This document shows positions 1 through 11,411 of a stretch of 64,000 bases of DNA, one piece after another. The translations under genes and the position numbers were made by a program. The notes under the pieces are model-generated. The model saw only the letters and a list, made by a program, of their open reading frames with translations, did no database searches and was not told the DNA's origin. The stretch's first letter is position 1. Every line of letters starts with the position of its first letter. Origin of the DNA: an uncultured Chloroflexia bacterium (lineage in GTDB: Bacteria > Chloroflexota > Limnocylindria > Limnocylindrales > CSP1-4); assembly GCA_963813335.1 (NCBI GenBank), contig CAWEYL010000001.1, positions 320,001 to 384,000 of the forward strand, read 5' to 3'.

Positions 1-1
1 C

Positions 2-163
2 CCGACGTTCATCGGCCACACCATCGCCGTGTACAACGGCAAGAAGCACGTCCCGGTCTACGTGACCGAGAACATGGTCGGGCATCGCCTCGGTGAGTTC
101 AGCCCCACCCGCAACTACCGCGGGCACGGCAAGCACACCGAGCGGTCGCTGGCGCTGAAGTAG
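2..163 (+). CDS. rpsS: 30S ribosomal protein S19, 3' partial
   Basis: Frame 2 reads [37 protein letters not shown], the S19 signature; TAG at 161-163; lies before rplV. Confidence 0.97.
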   Translation, partial: PTFIGHTIAVYNGKKHVPVYVTENMVGHRLGEFSPTRNYRGHGKHTERSLALK

Positions 164-177
164 GGAGCGACCTGACC

Positions 178-516
178 GTGCGTGTTTCCGCTACTGCCAA
201 GTACCTTCGCGGCTCGACCCGCAAGGCCCGACTGGTCACGACCGCCATCAAGGGCAAGCCGGTCGAGGAGGCCGCGGCATTGCTCAGGTTCATGCCGCAG
301 TACGCCGCCAAGGACGTCGCGCGCGTGCTCCACAGCGCGACCGCGAACGCCGAGAACAACCACAACCTGTCGGCCGAGGACCTGATCGTCCTCGATGCCG
401 TCGCCGATGAGGGGCCGACGATCAAGCGCTTCCGCCCGCGGGCGCAGGGCCGCGCGTTCCCCATCCACAAGCCCATGACCCACATCACGATCGTCGTCGC
501 GGACCAGGAGGCCTGA
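178..516 (+). CDS. rplV: 50S ribosomal protein L22
   Basis: SATANAENN and KRFRPRAQGRA motifs; S10 operon order. Confidence 0.98.
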   Translation: MRVSATAKYLRGSTRKARLVTTAIKGKPVEEAAALLRFMPQYAAKDVARVLHSATANAENNHNLSAEDLIVLDAVADEGPTIKRFRPRAQGRAFPIHKPMTHITIVVADQEA

Positions 517-517
517 C

Positions 518-1201
518 ATGGGACACAAGGTCCATCCATACGGCTTCCGCCTGGGTGTCTCGCGCACCTGGACCGCGAAGTGGTACGCGGATGACAAGGA
601 ATACACCACCTCCCTCAAGGAGGACATCCTCATCCGCCAGCTGATCGACCGCCGCCTGGCCAACGCCAGCGTGAGCGGCGTCGAGGTGGAGCGCGGCATC
701 AACCACGTGACGGTCACGATCCACACCGCCAAGCCGGGCATCGTCATCGGCAAGGGCGGCGCGAACGTCGAGATCCTGCGCCAGCAGGTCGGCGCGCTGA
801 CCGACCGCAAGGTCAAGCTGGAGATCAAGGAGATCCGCCAGCCCGAGCTCGACGCCTACCTGGTGGCCATGAACATCGCCGGCCAGCTGAGCCGCCGCAT
901 CGCCTTCAAGAAGGCCATGAAGCAGGCCATCCAGCGCTCGATGAAGGCCGGCGCGAAGGGCGTCAAGATCGCTGTCGCCGGCCGCCTCGGCGGCTCGGAG
1001 ATGGGCCGTCGCGAGTGGGACAAGGAGGGGCGTATCCCCCTCGGGACGCTGCGCGCCGACATCAGCTACGGGCAGGTCCATGCCCACACGACCTACGGCC
1101 GCATCGGCGTCAAGGTCTGGATCTACCGCGGCGACATCGCCCCGGAGCGCGTCCCCGCGCGCGACCTGAACGTGCCGGCCGTCGCCGGGACGGGGGTCTG
1201 A
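518..1201 (+). CDS. rpsC: 30S ribosomal protein S3
   Basis: [46 protein letters not shown]. Confidence 0.99.
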   Translation: MGHKVHPYGFRLGVSRTWTAKWYADDKEYTTSLKEDILIRQLIDRRLANASVSGVEVERGINHVTVTIHTAKPGIVIGKGGANVEILRQQVGALTDRKVKLEIKEIRQPELDAYLVAMNIAGQLSRRIAFKKAMKQAIQRSMKAGAKGVKIAVAGRLGGSEMGRREWDKEGRIPLGTLRADISYGQVHAHTTYGRIGVKVWIYRGDIAPERVPARDLNVPAVAGTGV

Positions 1202-1203
1202 CC

Positions 1204-1626
1204 ATGCTGATGCCGAAGCGGGTCAAGCACCGCAAGGTCATGCGCGGCCGGATGTCCGGCGTCGCCAAGGGCGGCCACAGCGTGGCCTTCGGCGAGTACG
1301 GCCTGGCCACCCAGGAACCGGCCTGGATCACGAGCCGCCAGATCGAGGCGGCCCGCCGCGCGATGACCCGCTCGGTCAAGCGCGGCGGCAAGATCTGGAT
1401 CCGGATCTTCCCGGACAAGCCCGCGACCAAGAAGCCGGCCGAGACCCGGATGGGCTCGGGCAAGGGCGCCCCCGACCATTGGGTCGCGGTCGTCAAGCCC
1501 GGGCGGATCCTGTTCGAGATGGCCGGCGTCGACCATGACTCGGCGATCGAGGCGATGCGCCTTGCCAGCCACAAGCTGCCCGTCGCCACGCGCGTGGTCG
1601 TCCGGGACGGGGCGAAGGAGGCGTGA
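1204..1626 (+). CDS. rplP: 50S ribosomal protein L16
   Basis: [11 protein letters not shown]...RMGSGKG; real start is ATG 1204 inside ORF 1015..1626. Confidence 0.98.
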   Translation: MLMPKRVKHRKVMRGRMSGVAKGGHSVAFGEYGLATQEPAWITSRQIEAARRAMTRSVKRGGKIWIRIFPDKPATKKPAETRMGSGKGAPDHWVAVVKPGRILFEMAGVDHDSAIEAMRLASHKLPVATRVVVRDGAKEA

Positions 1627-1829
1627 CGATGGACATCGACAAGGTCCGCGCCCTCTCCGACGCGGAGCTCGAGACCGCGCTTCGCGACGCGAAGCAGGAC
1701 CTCTGGGGAGCGCGCTTCGCGCTCTCGACCAGGCAATTGAAGGACTTCAGCACGATCCCGCAGACGCGGCGAACGATCGCGCGGATCCTGACCGTCCAGC
1801 GCGAGCGCAAGCTCGGCAAGACGGCGTGA
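1623..1829 (+). CDS. rpmC: 50S ribosomal protein L29
   Basis: Size, position and RRTIARILT motif. Confidence 0.95.
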   Translation: MTMDIDKVRALSDAELETALRDAKQDLWGARFALSTRQLKDFSTIPQTRRTIARILTVQRERKLGKTA

Positions 1830-1842
1830 GGGAGATCACGCG

Positions 1843-2277
1843 ATGACAGGAGCAAGCACCCGAGTGGACGGCAAGCGGAAGACCAAGGTCGGACGCGTGG
1901 TCAGCGACAAGATGGACAAGACGATCGTCGTGTCCGTCGAGCGCCTCACGCGCCACCGGCTGTACAAGCGGGTCATCCGCTTGAGCACCAAGTTCAAGGC
2001 GCACGACGAGACCAACGACGCCAGGATCGGCGACACGGTCCTCATCGAGGAGTCGCGCCCGCTCTCGGCCACCAAGCGCTGGCGGCTCGTCAGCGTGGTC
2101 GCGCGCGCCGGTGACAGCGGCACGCCCATCGATCTCATCTCCGAGGAGACCGCGACCTCCGAGGCCATCCACTCGGCGGCCCATCCGGGCCGGGTCCGCG
2201 CCGAGGCCGAGGCGGCCGAGGCCGCTGCGGCCGACGCCGCCGGCAGCGATGCCGCGGCAGGGGAGCCCGCGTCGTGA
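1843..2277 (+). CDS. rpsQ: 30S ribosomal protein S17 with C-terminal extension
   Basis: [27 protein letters not shown]; followed by an Ala/Glu-rich tail. Confidence 0.97.
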   Translation: MTGASTRVDGKRKTKVGRVVSDKMDKTIVVSVERLTRHRLYKRVIRLSTKFKAHDETNDARIGDTVLIEESRPLSATKRWRLVSVVARAGDSGTPIDLISEETATSEAIHSAAHPGRVRAEAEAAEAAAADAAGSDAAAGEPAS

Positions 2278-2642
2278 TCCAGTCGCAGACCCGCCTCAAG
2301 GTGGCTGACAACACCGGCGCCCGCACCATCCAGTGCATCCGGGTGATGGGCCGCTCGCTCAAGACCGAGGCCGGCGTCGGCGACGTCATCGTCGCCAGCG
2401 TCAAGCAGGCCATCCCGAACGCCGCCGTCAAGAAGGGCGACGTGGTCCGCGCCGTGGTGGTCCGCACCGCCAAGGAGTACGGCCGCCCGGACGGGAGCTA
2501 CATCCGCTTCGACGAGAACGCGGCGGTCCTCATCAACAACCAGGGCAATCCCCGCGGCACGCGCATCTTCGGCCCGGTCGCGCGCGAGCTGCGCGACCGC
2601 AACTACATGAAGATCGTGTCGCTCGCCCCGGAGGTGCTCTGA
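2274..2642 (+). CDS. rplN: 50S ribosomal protein L14
   Basis: [36 protein letters not shown]. Confidence 0.99.
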   Translation: MIQSQTRLKVADNTGARTIQCIRVMGRSLKTEAGVGDVIVASVKQAIPNAAVKKGDVVRAVVVRTAKEYGRPDGSYIRFDENAAVLINNQGNPRGTRIFGPVARELRDRNYMKIVSLAPEVL

Positions 2643-3070
2643 TGGCCACCTCCACCCGCGCCACCAAGGTGCCCGAGATCCGCAAGGGCGACACCGTCGT
2701 GATCCTCGCCGGCAAGGACGCCGGCAAGCGCGGCAAGGTCGACCGGATCATCCGGCGCGAGCCGGCCGGGCGGGCTCGCAGCATGTATCGGCGCGGCTCC
2801 ACGAAGGGCGGCGTCGGCGTCGTCGTCGAGGGGCTCAACATCGCCAAGCGGCATACCAAGCCGAGCCAGTCGACGAGCTCGAACGACCGGATGCCCAAGG
2901 TCCAGGCCGGCGGCATCATGGACATCGCCCAGCCCGTGCCGATCGGCCGGGTCATGGTCGTCTGCGGCAGCTGCCACAACCCCACCCGGATCAAGCACGC
3001 CGTGCTCGACACCGGCCGCCGCGTCCGCGTCTGCGGGCACTGCGGGGAGCAGCTGGAGGTCAAGTCGTGA
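2642..3070 (+). CDS. rplX: 50S ribosomal protein L24
   Basis: [22 protein letters not shown] motif and VVEGLN; ATG overlaps the rplN stop. Confidence 0.96.
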   Translation: MATSTRATKVPEIRKGDTVVILAGKDAGKRGKVDRIIRREPAGRARSMYRRGSTKGGVGVVVEGLNIAKRHTKPSQSTSSNDRMPKVQAGGIMDIAQPVPIGRVMVVCGSCHNPTRIKHAVLDTGRRVRVCGHCGEQLEVKS

Positions 3071-3609
3071 CCAGCCGCCTCCAGGAGCGCTACAAGGCGG
3101 AAGTCGTCCCGGCGCTCCAGAAGCAGTTCGAGTACGCCAACCCCAACCAGGTGCCGGGCCTCGACAAGATCGTCGTCAACATCGGCCTCGGCGAGGCGCT
3201 GACCAACGCGAAGGCGCTCGACGCCGCCGTGGGCGACCTCGCGGCGATCACCGGCCAGAGGCCGATCGTGACCAAGGCCAAGCGCTCGATCGCCCAGTTC
3301 CGGGTCCGGACGGGCAACTCGATCGGCGCGAAGGTGACGCTCCGCGGCGAGCGGATGTGGGACTTCATGGACCGGCTGACCACGCTGGCCCTGCCGCGCA
3401 TCCGCGACTTCCGGGGCATCCCCGGCAAGTCGTTCGATGGGCGGGGCAACTACTCACTCGGTCTGCGCGAGCAGCTCGCGTTCCCCGAGATCGACTACGA
3501 CAAGGTGGACCGTCTCCGCGGGCTGGAGATCAGCATCGTGACGACGGCGAAGACCGACGAGGAGTCCAAGAAGCTTCTTGAACTCCTCGGCATGCCCTTC
3601 GCCTCGTAG
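3067..3609 (+). CDS. rplE: 50S ribosomal protein L5
   Basis: [33 protein letters not shown]. Confidence 0.99.
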   Translation: MTSRLQERYKAEVVPALQKQFEYANPNQVPGLDKIVVNIGLGEALTNAKALDAAVGDLAAITGQRPIVTKAKRSIAQFRVRTGNSIGAKVTLRGERMWDFMDRLTTLALPRIRDFRGIPGKSFDGRGNYSLGLREQLAFPEIDYDKVDRLRGLEISIVTTAKTDEESKKLLELLGMPFAS

Positions 3610-3627
3610 GCGCGGGGAGGGAGTCAC

Positions 3628-3813
3628 ATGGCCAAGAAATCGTTGATCGCCAAGGCGAAGCGCACCCCCAAGCACAAGGTCAGCGGCTACCACCGCTGCT
3701 TCGTGTGCGGTCGGCCGCGCGCCTTCATGCGCCGTTTCGCCCTGTGCCGCATCTGCTTCCGCGAGCGCGCGCTCCGCGGCGAGCTGCCGGGCGTCACCAA
3801 GTCGAGCTGGTAG
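3628..3813 (+). CDS. rpsN: 30S ribosomal protein S14, type Z (zinc-binding)
   Basis: 61 aa with CFVCGR...CRICFRE and PGVTKSSW. Confidence 0.98.
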   Translation: MAKKSLIAKAKRTPKHKVSGYHRCFVCGRPRAFMRRFALCRICFRERALRGELPGVTKSSW

Positions 3814-3820
3814 GGAACCG

Positions 3821-4219
3821 ATGAACATCTCCGACCCGATCGCGGACATGCTCACTCGCGTCCGGAACGCCTCGCGCGCCCGGCACGCCGAGGTCGTGGT
3901 GCCCGCGTCCCGGACCAAGCGTGAGATCGCCCGCATCCTCAAGGCCGAAGGCTTCATCGCCGACGTGGCCGAGGAGCAGGACGGCAGCGCCGCGGTCCTC
4001 CGCCTGACGCTCAAGTACGTCGACGGCAAGGTCCCGGTCGTCTCGGGCCTCAAGCGCATCAGCAAGCCCGGCCTGCGGGTCTACGCCCGCAAGACGGACA
4101 TCCCGCGGGTGCTCGGCGGCCTGGGCATCGTCATCGTCAGCACGAGCCAGGGGATCATGACCGGCCAGCAGGCGCGTCAGGCGCAGCTGGGCGGCGAAGT
4201 CCTGGCCTTCGTCTGGTAG
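3821..4219 (+). CDS. rpsH: 30S ribosomal protein S8
   Basis: [32 protein letters not shown]. Confidence 0.99.
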   Translation: MNISDPIADMLTRVRNASRARHAEVVVPASRTKREIARILKAEGFIADVAEEQDGSAAVLRLTLKYVDGKVPVVSGLKRISKPGLRVYARKTDIPRVLGGLGIVIVSTSQGIMTGQQARQAQLGGEVLAFVW

Positions 4220-4226
4220 GCGACAG

Positions 4227-4778
4227 ATGTCACGTATCGGACGCCTGCCCATCGCCGTCCCAGCCTCGGTCGATGTGACCATCGAGGGCCGGAACGTCAC
4301 GGTCAAGGGCCCCAAGGGGACCCTCAGCCGGTCGCTCCACCCGGACATGACCATCACCCGGGAGGAGGCCACCGTCGTGGTCACCCGCCCGACCGAGCAG
4401 AAGACCCACAAGCAGCTCCACGGCCTCACGCGGACCCTCATCAACAACATGGTGATCGGGGTCAGCGACGGCTATCGGAAGGGCCTCGAGATCACCGGCG
4501 TCGGCTATCGCGCCGCGCTCAACGGGCGGAAGCTCCAGCTGAACCTGGGCTACAGCCACCCGATCGAGATCGACCCGCCCGAGGGCATCAGCTTCGAGGT
4601 CGAGACCCCGACCCGCCTCGCGGTGGTCGGCATCGACAAGGAGCTCGTCGGCCAGATCGCCGCGACCGTCCGCGCCACGCGCAAGCCCGAGCCATACAAG
4701 GGCAAGGGTGTCCGCTACGCGGGCGAGCAGGTCCGCCGCAAGGCCGGCAAGGCCGGCAAGATCGGCGGCAAGAAGTGA
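4227..4778 (+). CDS. rplF: 50S ribosomal protein L6
   Basis: [23 protein letters not shown]. Confidence 0.99.
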   Translation: MSRIGRLPIAVPASVDVTIEGRNVTVKGPKGTLSRSLHPDMTITREEATVVVTRPTEQKTHKQLHGLTRTLINNMVIGVSDGYRKGLEITGVGYRAALNGRKLQLNLGYSHPIEIDPPEGISFEVETPTRLAVVGIDKELVGQIAATVRATRKPEPYKGKGVRYAGEQVRRKAGKAGKIGGKK

Positions 4779-4806
4779 TGACACCGACCCGGAAGGAACG
4801 AACGCG

Positions 4807-5169
4807 ATGACGCAGGTCGCCAGCCGCGGCGCCGCGCGACGCAAGCGCCACGACCGCATCCGCCTCCACCTGGCGGGGACCGACTCGCGGCCGCGCCTCG
4901 CGGTCTTCCGCAGCATCAACCACATCTACGCGCAGGTCATCGACGACTCGTCGGGCCGAACGCTGGCTGCCGCCTCGACCGTCGAGAAGGAGCTTCGTGG
5001 CTCCAAGGAGACGAAGTCGAAGGAGGCCGCCGAAGTCGGCAAGCTCATCGCCCAGCGGGCCAAGGCCGCCGGGGTCGAGCGGGTCGTGTTCGATCGAGCC
5101 GGGTTCCGGTACCACGGGCGGATCAAGTCGCTCGCCGATGCCGCCCGCGAAGCCGGCCTCGAGTTCTGA
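4807..5169 (+). CDS. rplR: 50S ribosomal protein L18
   Basis: [31 protein letters not shown]; ATG 4807 follows a GGAAGGA SD-like site. Confidence 0.97.
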   Translation: MTQVASRGAARRKRHDRIRLHLAGTDSRPRLAVFRSINHIYAQVIDDSSGRTLAAASTVEKELRGSKETKSKEAAEVGKLIAQRAKAAGVERVVFDRAGFRYHGRIKSLADAAREAGLEF

Positions 5170-5183
5170 TCGGAAGGAGCCCC

Positions 5184-5714
5184 GTGGCACGCATCGACCC
5201 ATCCAAGCTCGCGCTCGAGGAGCGCGTGGTCCAGATCAATCGAGTCGCCAAGGTCGTCAAGGGCGGCCGGCGGTTCAGCTTCAGCGCGGTCGTCGTCGTC
5301 GGCGACGGCGCGGGCCACGTCGGTGCCGGGCTCGGCAAGGCCGGCGAGGTCCCCGAGGCGATCCGCAAGGGCGTCGAGGACGCGAAGAAGAACCTGATCC
5401 GCATCCCGATGGTGGGGACCACCATCCCCCACGAGATCCGGGTCGAGTTCGGCGCGAGCCGGGTGATGCTCAAGCCGGCCTCGCAGGGCACCGGCGTCAT
5501 CGCCGGCGGGTCCGTGCGCGCCGTGCTGGAGGCCGCGGGCGTCCGCGACATCCTGTCCAAGACGTACGGCTCCACCAACCCGGTCAACGTGACCCGCGCG
5601 ACCATCGAGGCCCTCCGCTCGCTGCACTCGGCCGAGGAGCTGAGCGCCCGCCGCGGCGTCCGCCTGTACAGCCGGATCTCCGGCCAGCCGGCCGTGACCC
5701 CGGAGGCGCGCTGA
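5184..5714 (+). CDS. rpsE: 30S ribosomal protein S5
   Basis: [24 protein letters not shown]. Confidence 0.99.
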   Translation: MARIDPSKLALEERVVQINRVAKVVKGGRRFSFSAVVVVGDGAGHVGAGLGKAGEVPEAIRKGVEDAKKNLIRIPMVGTTIPHEIRVEFGASRVMLKPASQGTGVIAGGSVRAVLEAAGVRDILSKTYGSTNPVNVTRATIEALRSLHSAEELSARRGVRLYSRISGQPAVTPEAR

Positions 5715-5923
5715 TGACGGCCAAGCTCAAGGTCACCCAGGTCAAGAGTGAGATCAGCCACATCGCGCGGAACCGGGCGACCATCCGCGCGCTCGGGCTG
5801 CACGGCATCGGCAGCACCAGCGTGATCTCCGACAACGCGGCGACCCGCGGCATGGTCCGCCAGGTCCGCTTCCTCGTCACCGTCGAGGAAGTGACCGTGG
5901 CCGACGCCCAGGAGAAGGCATGA
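5714..5923 (+). CDS. rpmD: 50S ribosomal protein L30
   Basis: [12 protein letters not shown]...TIRALGL...RGMVRQV; between rpsE and rplO. Confidence 0.95.
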   Translation: MTAKLKVTQVKSEISHIARNRATIRALGLHGIGSTSVISDNAATRGMVRQVRFLVTVEEVTVADAQEKA

Positions 5924-6732
5924 AGCTCCACGACCTCCGGCCGCCGGAGGGTTCCCACAAGGCGCGCATCCGCGTCGGGCGCGGCATCGCGGCCGGCAAG
6001 GGCAAGACCGCGGGCCGCGGCACGAAGGGGCAGAAGGCCCGCGCCGGCGGCTCCATCCCGCCCTGGTTCGAAGGCGGCCAGACGCCGCTCCACATGCGCA
6101 TCCCCAAGCTGCGCGGCTTCAAGAACCGCTTCAAGATCGAGTACGAGGTCGTGAACGTCGGCGCCATCGGCGCGCTCGCGGAGCGCGGCGCGTTCGAGGT
6201 CGAGGCGCCCAAGGGCGCCAAGGGCAAGGCCGGCACCGCCGGGCCGATCACGATCAACCAGGACATCCTGCGGGCGGTGGGCCTCGTGCGCACCCTGGAC
6301 AAGCCGATGAAGATCCTCGGCGCCGGCGACCTGGCCACCCCGCTGTTCGTCGTCGCCGACGCGTTCACGGCCTCGGCGCGGACCAAGATCGAGGCGGCCG
6401 GCGGGACGGTGAACGTCCTCGAAGTCCCGACGACGGCGATGCCGGCGCTCGGCCGCGAGCCGAAGACCGACAAGGCCGAGGCGCCGGCGGCGAAGGCCGA
6501 CACGGCCGAAGCACCTACGGCCGAGACGGCCGACGAGCCCGAGGCGACGGCCAAGACGGCCGAAGTACCCGGGGCCGATGCCGAGCCCGAGGCCGCCAAG
6601 CCAGCGAAGGCCAAGTCGCGAGCGAAGGCCGCCAAGGCCGACGCGGGCGAGACGGCTGACGACGCGCCGGCGGCGCCGACCGACACCGAGGCCGCAGCCG
6701 ACGACGCCGAGACCCCCGCGGGCGACGCCTGA
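5920..6732 (+). CDS. rplO: 50S ribosomal protein L15 with long acidic/Ala-rich C-terminal tail
   Basis: [37 protein letters not shown]; then about 95 low-complexity residues. Confidence 0.97.
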   Translation: MKLHDLRPPEGSHKARIRVGRGIAAGKGKTAGRGTKGQKARAGGSIPPWFEGGQTPLHMRIPKLRGFKNRFKIEYEVVNVGAIGALAERGAFEVEAPKGAKGKAGTAGPITINQDILRAVGLVRTLDKPMKILGAGDLATPLFVVADAFTASARTKIEAAGGTVNVLEVPTTAMPALGREPKTDKAEAPAAKADTAEAPTAETADEPEATAKTAEVPGADAEPEAAKPAKAKSRAKAAKADAGETADDAPAAPTDTEAAADDAETPAGDA

Positions 6733-6735
6733 CCC

Positions 6736-8016
6736 GTGTTCGAATCCCTGCTGAACGCCTTCCGGGCGCCGGATATCCGGCGGCGGATCCTGTACGTCCT
6801 CGGACTGCTGATCGTCTTCCGCCTGCTCGCGGCCGTGCCGGTCCCGGGCATCGACAAGGCGAAGCTCGTGCAGTTCGTGGACGAGAACCCGCTCTTCGGG
6901 CTGCTCGATCTCTTCTCGGGCGGCGGACTCGCGACCTTCTCGGTCGTGGCCCTGGGGATGAACCCCTACATCAACTCGTCGATCATCATGCAGCTGATGC
7001 AGGGCGTCGTCCCGTCGCTGCAGGCGCTCAGCCGCGAGGGTGAGTTCGGCCGCAACAAGCTCAACCAGTACACCCGCTACCTGTCGGTCCCGATGGCGAT
7101 GCTGCAGGCCTACGGGTTCCTGGCGCTCCTCAACTCGCGCGGCGTCCTGACCGGCGGGTTCGACCTCGCCAGCTTCACGACGCTCACCCAGATCGCCACC
7201 CTCACGGCCGGGGCCGTCGCGCTGATGTGGATCGGCGAGCTGATCACGGAGCGGGGGATCGGCAACGGCATCAGCTTCATCATCTTCGCCGGCATCGTCA
7301 GCCGGGCGCCATCGGCGATCAACGGGTTCCTCGCGAACCCCAATCTCGCCACCTTCGCGCTGTTCGGCGTCCTGGCCATCGCCGCGGTCACGGTGATCAT
7401 CTACATCCAGGAAGGCCAGCGGCGCATCCCGATCCAGTACGCCAGCCGCGTCCGCGGCCGGCGGATGTACCAGGGCGGCCAGACGTTCCTGCCCCTGCGC
7501 GTCAACCAGGCCGGCGTCATCCCGATCATCTTCGCGGTGAGCATCCTGCTCTTCCCGCAGCAGCTGGCGTCGTACTTCACCAGCTCCGAGATCCCGATCG
7601 TGAAGGACATCGCGACCTGGATCGTGAACTTCTTCAACCCCCGCTCGCCCGTCTACATCCTGATGTACTTCCTGCTGACGATGGGCTTCACGTACTTCTA
7701 CACGGCATTCACGTTCAAGCCGGACGAGACGGCCGAGCAGCTGCGCAAGAACGGTGGCTTCATCCCGGGCATCCGGCCGGGCCGGCCGACCCAGGACTAC
7801 CTGTCCCGCGTAGTCACCCGGATCACCTTCGCCGGCGCGCTGTTCCTGGCCATCGTCGCGGTCTCGCCGTCGGTGCTCGCCCTGGCCCTGCCCGACCTCG
7901 CTACCCTTGGACTCGGCGGCACGAGCCTGCTCATCGTGGTGTCCGTCGTCGTCGAGACGATGAAGCAGATCGAGGCGCAGCTGATGATGCGCAACTACGA
8001 AGGGTTCATCCGATGA
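6736..8016 (+). CDS. secY: Preprotein translocase SecY
   Basis: Multiple TM segments; PYINSSII, GIGNGIS, AGVIPIIFA, FIPGIRPG, GGTSLLIVV. Confidence 0.99.
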   Translation: MFESLLNAFRAPDIRRRILYVLGLLIVFRLLAAVPVPGIDKAKLVQFVDENPLFGLLDLFSGGGLATFSVVALGMNPYINSSIIMQLMQGVVPSLQALSREGEFGRNKLNQYTRYLSVPMAMLQAYGFLALLNSRGVLTGGFDLASFTTLTQIATLTAGAVALMWIGELITERGIGNGISFIIFAGIVSRAPSAINGFLANPNLATFALFGVLAIAAVTVIIYIQEGQRRIPIQYASRVRGRRMYQGGQTFLPLRVNQAGVIPIIFAVSILLFPQQLASYFTSSEIPIVKDIATWIVNFFNPRSPVYILMYFLLTMGFTYFYTAFTFKPDETAEQLRKNGGFIPGIRPGRPTQDYLSRVVTRITFAGALFLAIVAVSPSVLALALPDLATLGLGGTSLLIVVSVVVETMKQIEAQLMMRNYEGFIR

Positions 8017-8074
8017 CCGCGCGGGCCATGGCGCGCTCCCCGCGCGCTGCCGACGGGGCCCGTCGCCCTCGGCC

Positions 8075-8740
8075 ATGATGGTCGTCGTGCTTCTGGGTGC
8101 TCCGGGTGCCGGCAAGGGCACCCAGGCCCCGGCCGTGGCCGCGCATCTCGGCGCTCCGATCCTGGCATCGGGCGATCTGCTCCGCACGGCCGTCGCCGCG
8201 GGTACGGCGCTGGGCCGCGAGGCCGACCGCTACATGAGTCGCGGCCAGCTGGTGCCGGACGAGACGATCGTGCGCGTCTTCCTCGACCGCCTGCACGCGC
8301 CCGATGCGCTCAACGGGGCGATCCTCGATGGCTTCCCGCGGACGACCGTCCAGGCCGAGGCCCTCGACGACGCCCTCGAGGCCGAGGGCCGCAAGGTCGA
8401 CCGCGCCCTGTACATCGACGTCCCGCTCGAGGACCTCGTCCGCCGGATGGCGGACCGCCGGATCTGCGTCGCGAACGGGCACGTCTACAACCTCGCCTCG
8501 AACCCGCCCCGCGTCGACGGCGTCTGCGACATCGACGGATCTGCCCTCCGGCAGCGGGCCGACGACGCCGAGGCGACGGTCCGGGCCCGCATGGACCAGC
8601 AGGTCCCGCCGCTGCTCGAGGTCGTCGAGCACTACCGCCGCCGCGGCGTCCTCGCGACGGCCGATGGCCGGCACGGCATCGCCGGCGTGACGGCCGAGCT
8701 GCTCGCATCGCTCGACGGTCCGGCCCCGGACCAGGGCTGA
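8075..8740 (+). CDS. adk: Adenylate kinase
   Basis: GAPGAGKGTQA P-loop, GDLLR, LDGFPR, QRADD. Confidence 0.98.
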   Translation: MMVVVLLGAPGAGKGTQAPAVAAHLGAPILASGDLLRTAVAAGTALGREADRYMSRGQLVPDETIVRVFLDRLHAPDALNGAILDGFPRTTVQAEALDDALEAEGRKVDRALYIDVPLEDLVRRMADRRICVANGHVYNLASNPPRVDGVCDIDGSALRQRADDAEATVRARMDQQVPPLLEVVEHYRRRGVLATADGRHGIAGVTAELLASLDGPAPDQG

Positions 8741-8743
8741 CCG

Positions 8744-9508
8744 GTGGTCACCCGCAAGTCCCGCGCCGAGATCGACCGCATGCGCCGCGCCGGACGCGTC
8801 GTCGGCGAGGTCCTCGACCTCATCGAGGCGGAGATCCGGCCGGGCGTGACCACCGCCGACCTGGACCGCATCGCCGAGGCCCACATCGCCCGCTCGGGAG
8901 CCATCCCGTCGTTCAAGGGCTATCCGGGGATCAATCCGCGCCGGCCGTTCCCGGCCACGGTCTGCATCTCGATCGACGACGAGATCGTCCATGGCATCCC
9001 GGGTGAGCGCACGCTGCGCGAGGGCCAGATCGTGTCGGTCGACGCCGGCGCCATCGTCGACGGCTGGCATGGCGACGCCGCCCGCACGTTCTTCGTCGGC
9101 GAGCCGCCGGCGGCGGTGGCCGAGCTCATCGACACGACGCGCGCGGCCATGATGGCCGGCATCGCAGCGGCGGTCCCCGGCAACCACATCGAGGACATCT
9201 CGGCCGCCGTCGAGGACGTTGCACTGCCGAAGGGCTACGGCATCATCCGCCAGTTCGTCGGCCACGGGATCGGCACCGAGATGCACGAGGACCCGCAGGT
9301 CCCGAACTTCCGCACCGGGCGACCGGGGCGCAAGCTCGAGGTCGGCCTGTGCCTCGCGATCGAGCCGATGTTCACGCTCGGTCGCCACGAGGCCCACGTC
9401 CTCGACGACGACTGGACCGTCGCCACGCGCGACGGCTCGCTCGCCGCGCACTTCGAGCACTCCATCGCCATCACGGACGACGGTCCGCAGATCCTGACCG
9501 TGGCATGA
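8744..9508 (+). CDS. map: Type I methionine aminopeptidase
   Basis: VHGIP, DAART, GHGIG, IEPM, AHFEHS. Confidence 0.98.
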   Translation: MVTRKSRAEIDRMRRAGRVVGEVLDLIEAEIRPGVTTADLDRIAEAHIARSGAIPSFKGYPGINPRRPFPATVCISIDDEIVHGIPGERTLREGQIVSVDAGAIVDGWHGDAARTFFVGEPPAAVAELIDTTRAAMMAGIAAAVPGNHIEDISAAVEDVALPKGYGIIRQFVGHGIGTEMHEDPQVPNFRTGRPGRKLEVGLCLAIEPMFTLGRHEAHVLDDDWTVATRDGSLAAHFEHSIAITDDGPQILTVA

Positions 9509-9608
9509 CCGGCCGGTTGCCGGCTCGCGCCATGTTTGATACGCTACGCGTTCGTGTGTCGGCCCGACCGGGCCGACACTGCGCGTGAGAAAGGGAAGCA
9601 CGTAGCCT

Positions 9609-9827
9609 GTGGCCAAGAAAGATGCGATCGAAGTGGAAGGAACGGTCATCGAGCCGCTCCCGAACACGATGTTCGCCATCGAATTGGAGAATGGCCACCG
9701 GGTGCTCGCCCACATCAGCGGCAAGCTGCGGATGAACTTCATCCGGATCCTGCCCGGTGATCGCGTCCGTGTCGAGTTGTCACCGTACGACCTGACGCGC
9801 GGCCGCATCACCTACCGCCTCAAGTAA
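9609..9827 (+). CDS. infA: Translation initiation factor IF-1
   Basis: [21 protein letters not shown]...[13 protein letters not shown]. Confidence 0.99.
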   Translation: MAKKDAIEVEGTVIEPLPNTMFAIELENGHRVLAHISGKLRMNFIRILPGDRVRVELSPYDLTRGRITYRLK

Positions 9828-9859
9828 GCCACCACCGACACCACGAGTCCGAGGATCCG

Positions 9860-9973
9860 TTGAAAGTCCGAGCCTCCGTCAAGGCGCGCTGCGACAACTG
9901 CAAGGTCATCCGTCGCCACGGCACCGTGATGGTCATCTGCAGCAATCCCAAGCACAAGCAGCGGCAGGGGTAA
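9860..9973 (+). CDS. rpmJ: 50S ribosomal protein L36 (zinc-binding)
   Basis: Hand translation from TTG: [37 protein letters not shown]; below the ORF-track size cutoff. Confidence 0.97.
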   Translation: MKVRASVKARCDNCKVIRRHGTVMVICSNPKHKQRQG

Positions 9974-9976
9974 CCG

Positions 9977-10348
9977 ATGGCACGCATCGCCGGCGTCGAC
10001 ATCCCACGCGAGAAGCGTGTTGAGGTCGCACTCACCTACGTCTTCGGGATCGGCCTGCCGACCAGCCAGAAGATCCTGGCCCAGACGAACATCAACCCGG
10101 ACACCCGCGTGCGGGACCTCACCGAGGAGCAGGTCAACCGGCTCCGCGAGCTGATCGACCGTCGCTACAAGGTGGAGGGCGATCTCCGTCGCGAGGTGGC
10201 GCTCAACATCAAGCGCCTGACCGAGATCGGGTCGTACCGCGGCCTGCGCCATCGGCGCAACCTGCCGGTCCGTGGCCAGCGCACCAAGACGAACGCTCGC
10301 CAGCGTCGCGGTCCCAAGAAGACCGTCGGCGTCCGGCGCAAGAAGTGA
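9977..10348 (+). CDS. rpsM: 30S ribosomal protein S13
   Basis: [28 protein letters not shown]. Confidence 0.99.
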   Translation: MARIAGVDIPREKRVEVALTYVFGIGLPTSQKILAQTNINPDTRVRDLTEEQVNRLRELIDRRYKVEGDLRREVALNIKRLTEIGSYRGLRHRRNLPVRGQRTKTNARQRRGPKKTVGVRRKK

Positions 10349-10365
10349 CGAGGGGCTGACCAGGC

Positions 10366-10761
10366 ATGGCGGAACGCAAGAAGGCGGTCAAGCAGCGCCG
10401 GCGTGAGAAGAAGAACGTCCCCCAGGGGCACGTTCACATCCAGGCCACGTTCAACAACACGATCATCACGATCACAGACCTCAACGGGGCGGTCATCAGC
10501 TGGGGCTCTGCCGGCGTCGCCGGCTTCAAGGGCTCGCGCAAGAGCACCCCGTACGCCGCGGCCCTCTCGGCCGATGGCGCGGCCCGCCGGGCGATGGAGC
10601 ACGGCATGCGCCAGGTCGAGGTCTACGTGAAGGGTCCGGGCGCCGGCCGCGAGCAGGCGATCCGCTCGCTGCAGGCCGCCGGCCTGGAAGTCAGCGCCAT
10701 CACCGACGTCACGCCCATCCCGCACAACGGCTGCCGCCCGCCCAAGCGGCGCCGAGTCTGA
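10366..10761 (+). CDS. rpsK: 30S ribosomal protein S11
   Basis: [34 protein letters not shown]. Confidence 0.99.
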   Translation: MAERKKAVKQRRREKKNVPQGHVHIQATFNNTIITITDLNGAVISWGSAGVAGFKGSRKSTPYAAALSADGAARRAMEHGMRQVEVYVKGPGAGREQAIRSLQAAGLEVSAITDVTPIPHNGCRPPKRRRV

Positions 10762-10775
10762 GCCCCCGAGGACCC

Positions 10776-11402
10776 ATGGCCCGTTACACCGAATCCGTCT
10801 GCCGCCTCTGCCGCCGGGAAGGCGCCAAGCTCTTCCTGAAGGGCACCCGCTGCTACTCCAAGAAGTGCGCCTTCGAGCGTCGCCCGAGCCCTCCCGGCCA
10901 GCACGGCGTCCGCCGCCGCAAGGTCGGCGAGTACGGGCTCCAGCTGCGCGAGAAGCAGAAGGTCCGCCGCACGTACGGCGTCCTCGAGCGCCAGTTCCGC
11001 AACTACTTCGTCGACGCCGAGAACCGGCCCGGCGTGACCGGCGAGAACCTGCTCCGCTCGCTCGAGACCCGGCTGGACAACGTCGTCTACCGGCTCGGCT
11101 TCGCGACCTCCCGGGCGCAGGCGCGCCAGCTCGTCAATCACGGTCACTTCGCCGTCAATGGGCGGCCCACCGACATCTCGTCCTACCGGCTCAAGCCCGG
11201 TGACGTGATCTCGGTCCGCGAGTCGCACCGGACCCGCGAGCCGTTCAAGATCGCGAAGGAGACCCTCCGCAATCACCAGGCCCCGGAGTGGCTGCGCGTC
11301 GATGCCGCCACCCTTGCAGGCACCGTCGTCACCCCGCCCAGCCGCGACCAGATGCCGCTCGACCTCAACGAGCAGCTCGTGGTCGAGTACTACTCGAGGT
11401 AA
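10776..11402 (+). CDS. rpsD: 30S ribosomal protein S4 (Cys-containing type)
   Basis: [38 protein letters not shown]. Confidence 0.99.
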   Translation: MARYTESVCRLCRREGAKLFLKGTRCYSKKCAFERRPSPPGQHGVRRRKVGEYGLQLREKQKVRRTYGVLERQFRNYFVDAENRPGVTGENLLRSLETRLDNVVYRLGFATSRAQARQLVNHGHFAVNGRPTDISSYRLKPGDVISVRESHRTREPFKIAKETLRNHQAPEWLRVDAATLAGTVVTPPSRDQMPLDLNEQLVVEYYSR

Positions 11403-11411
11403 CCGCCCCTC

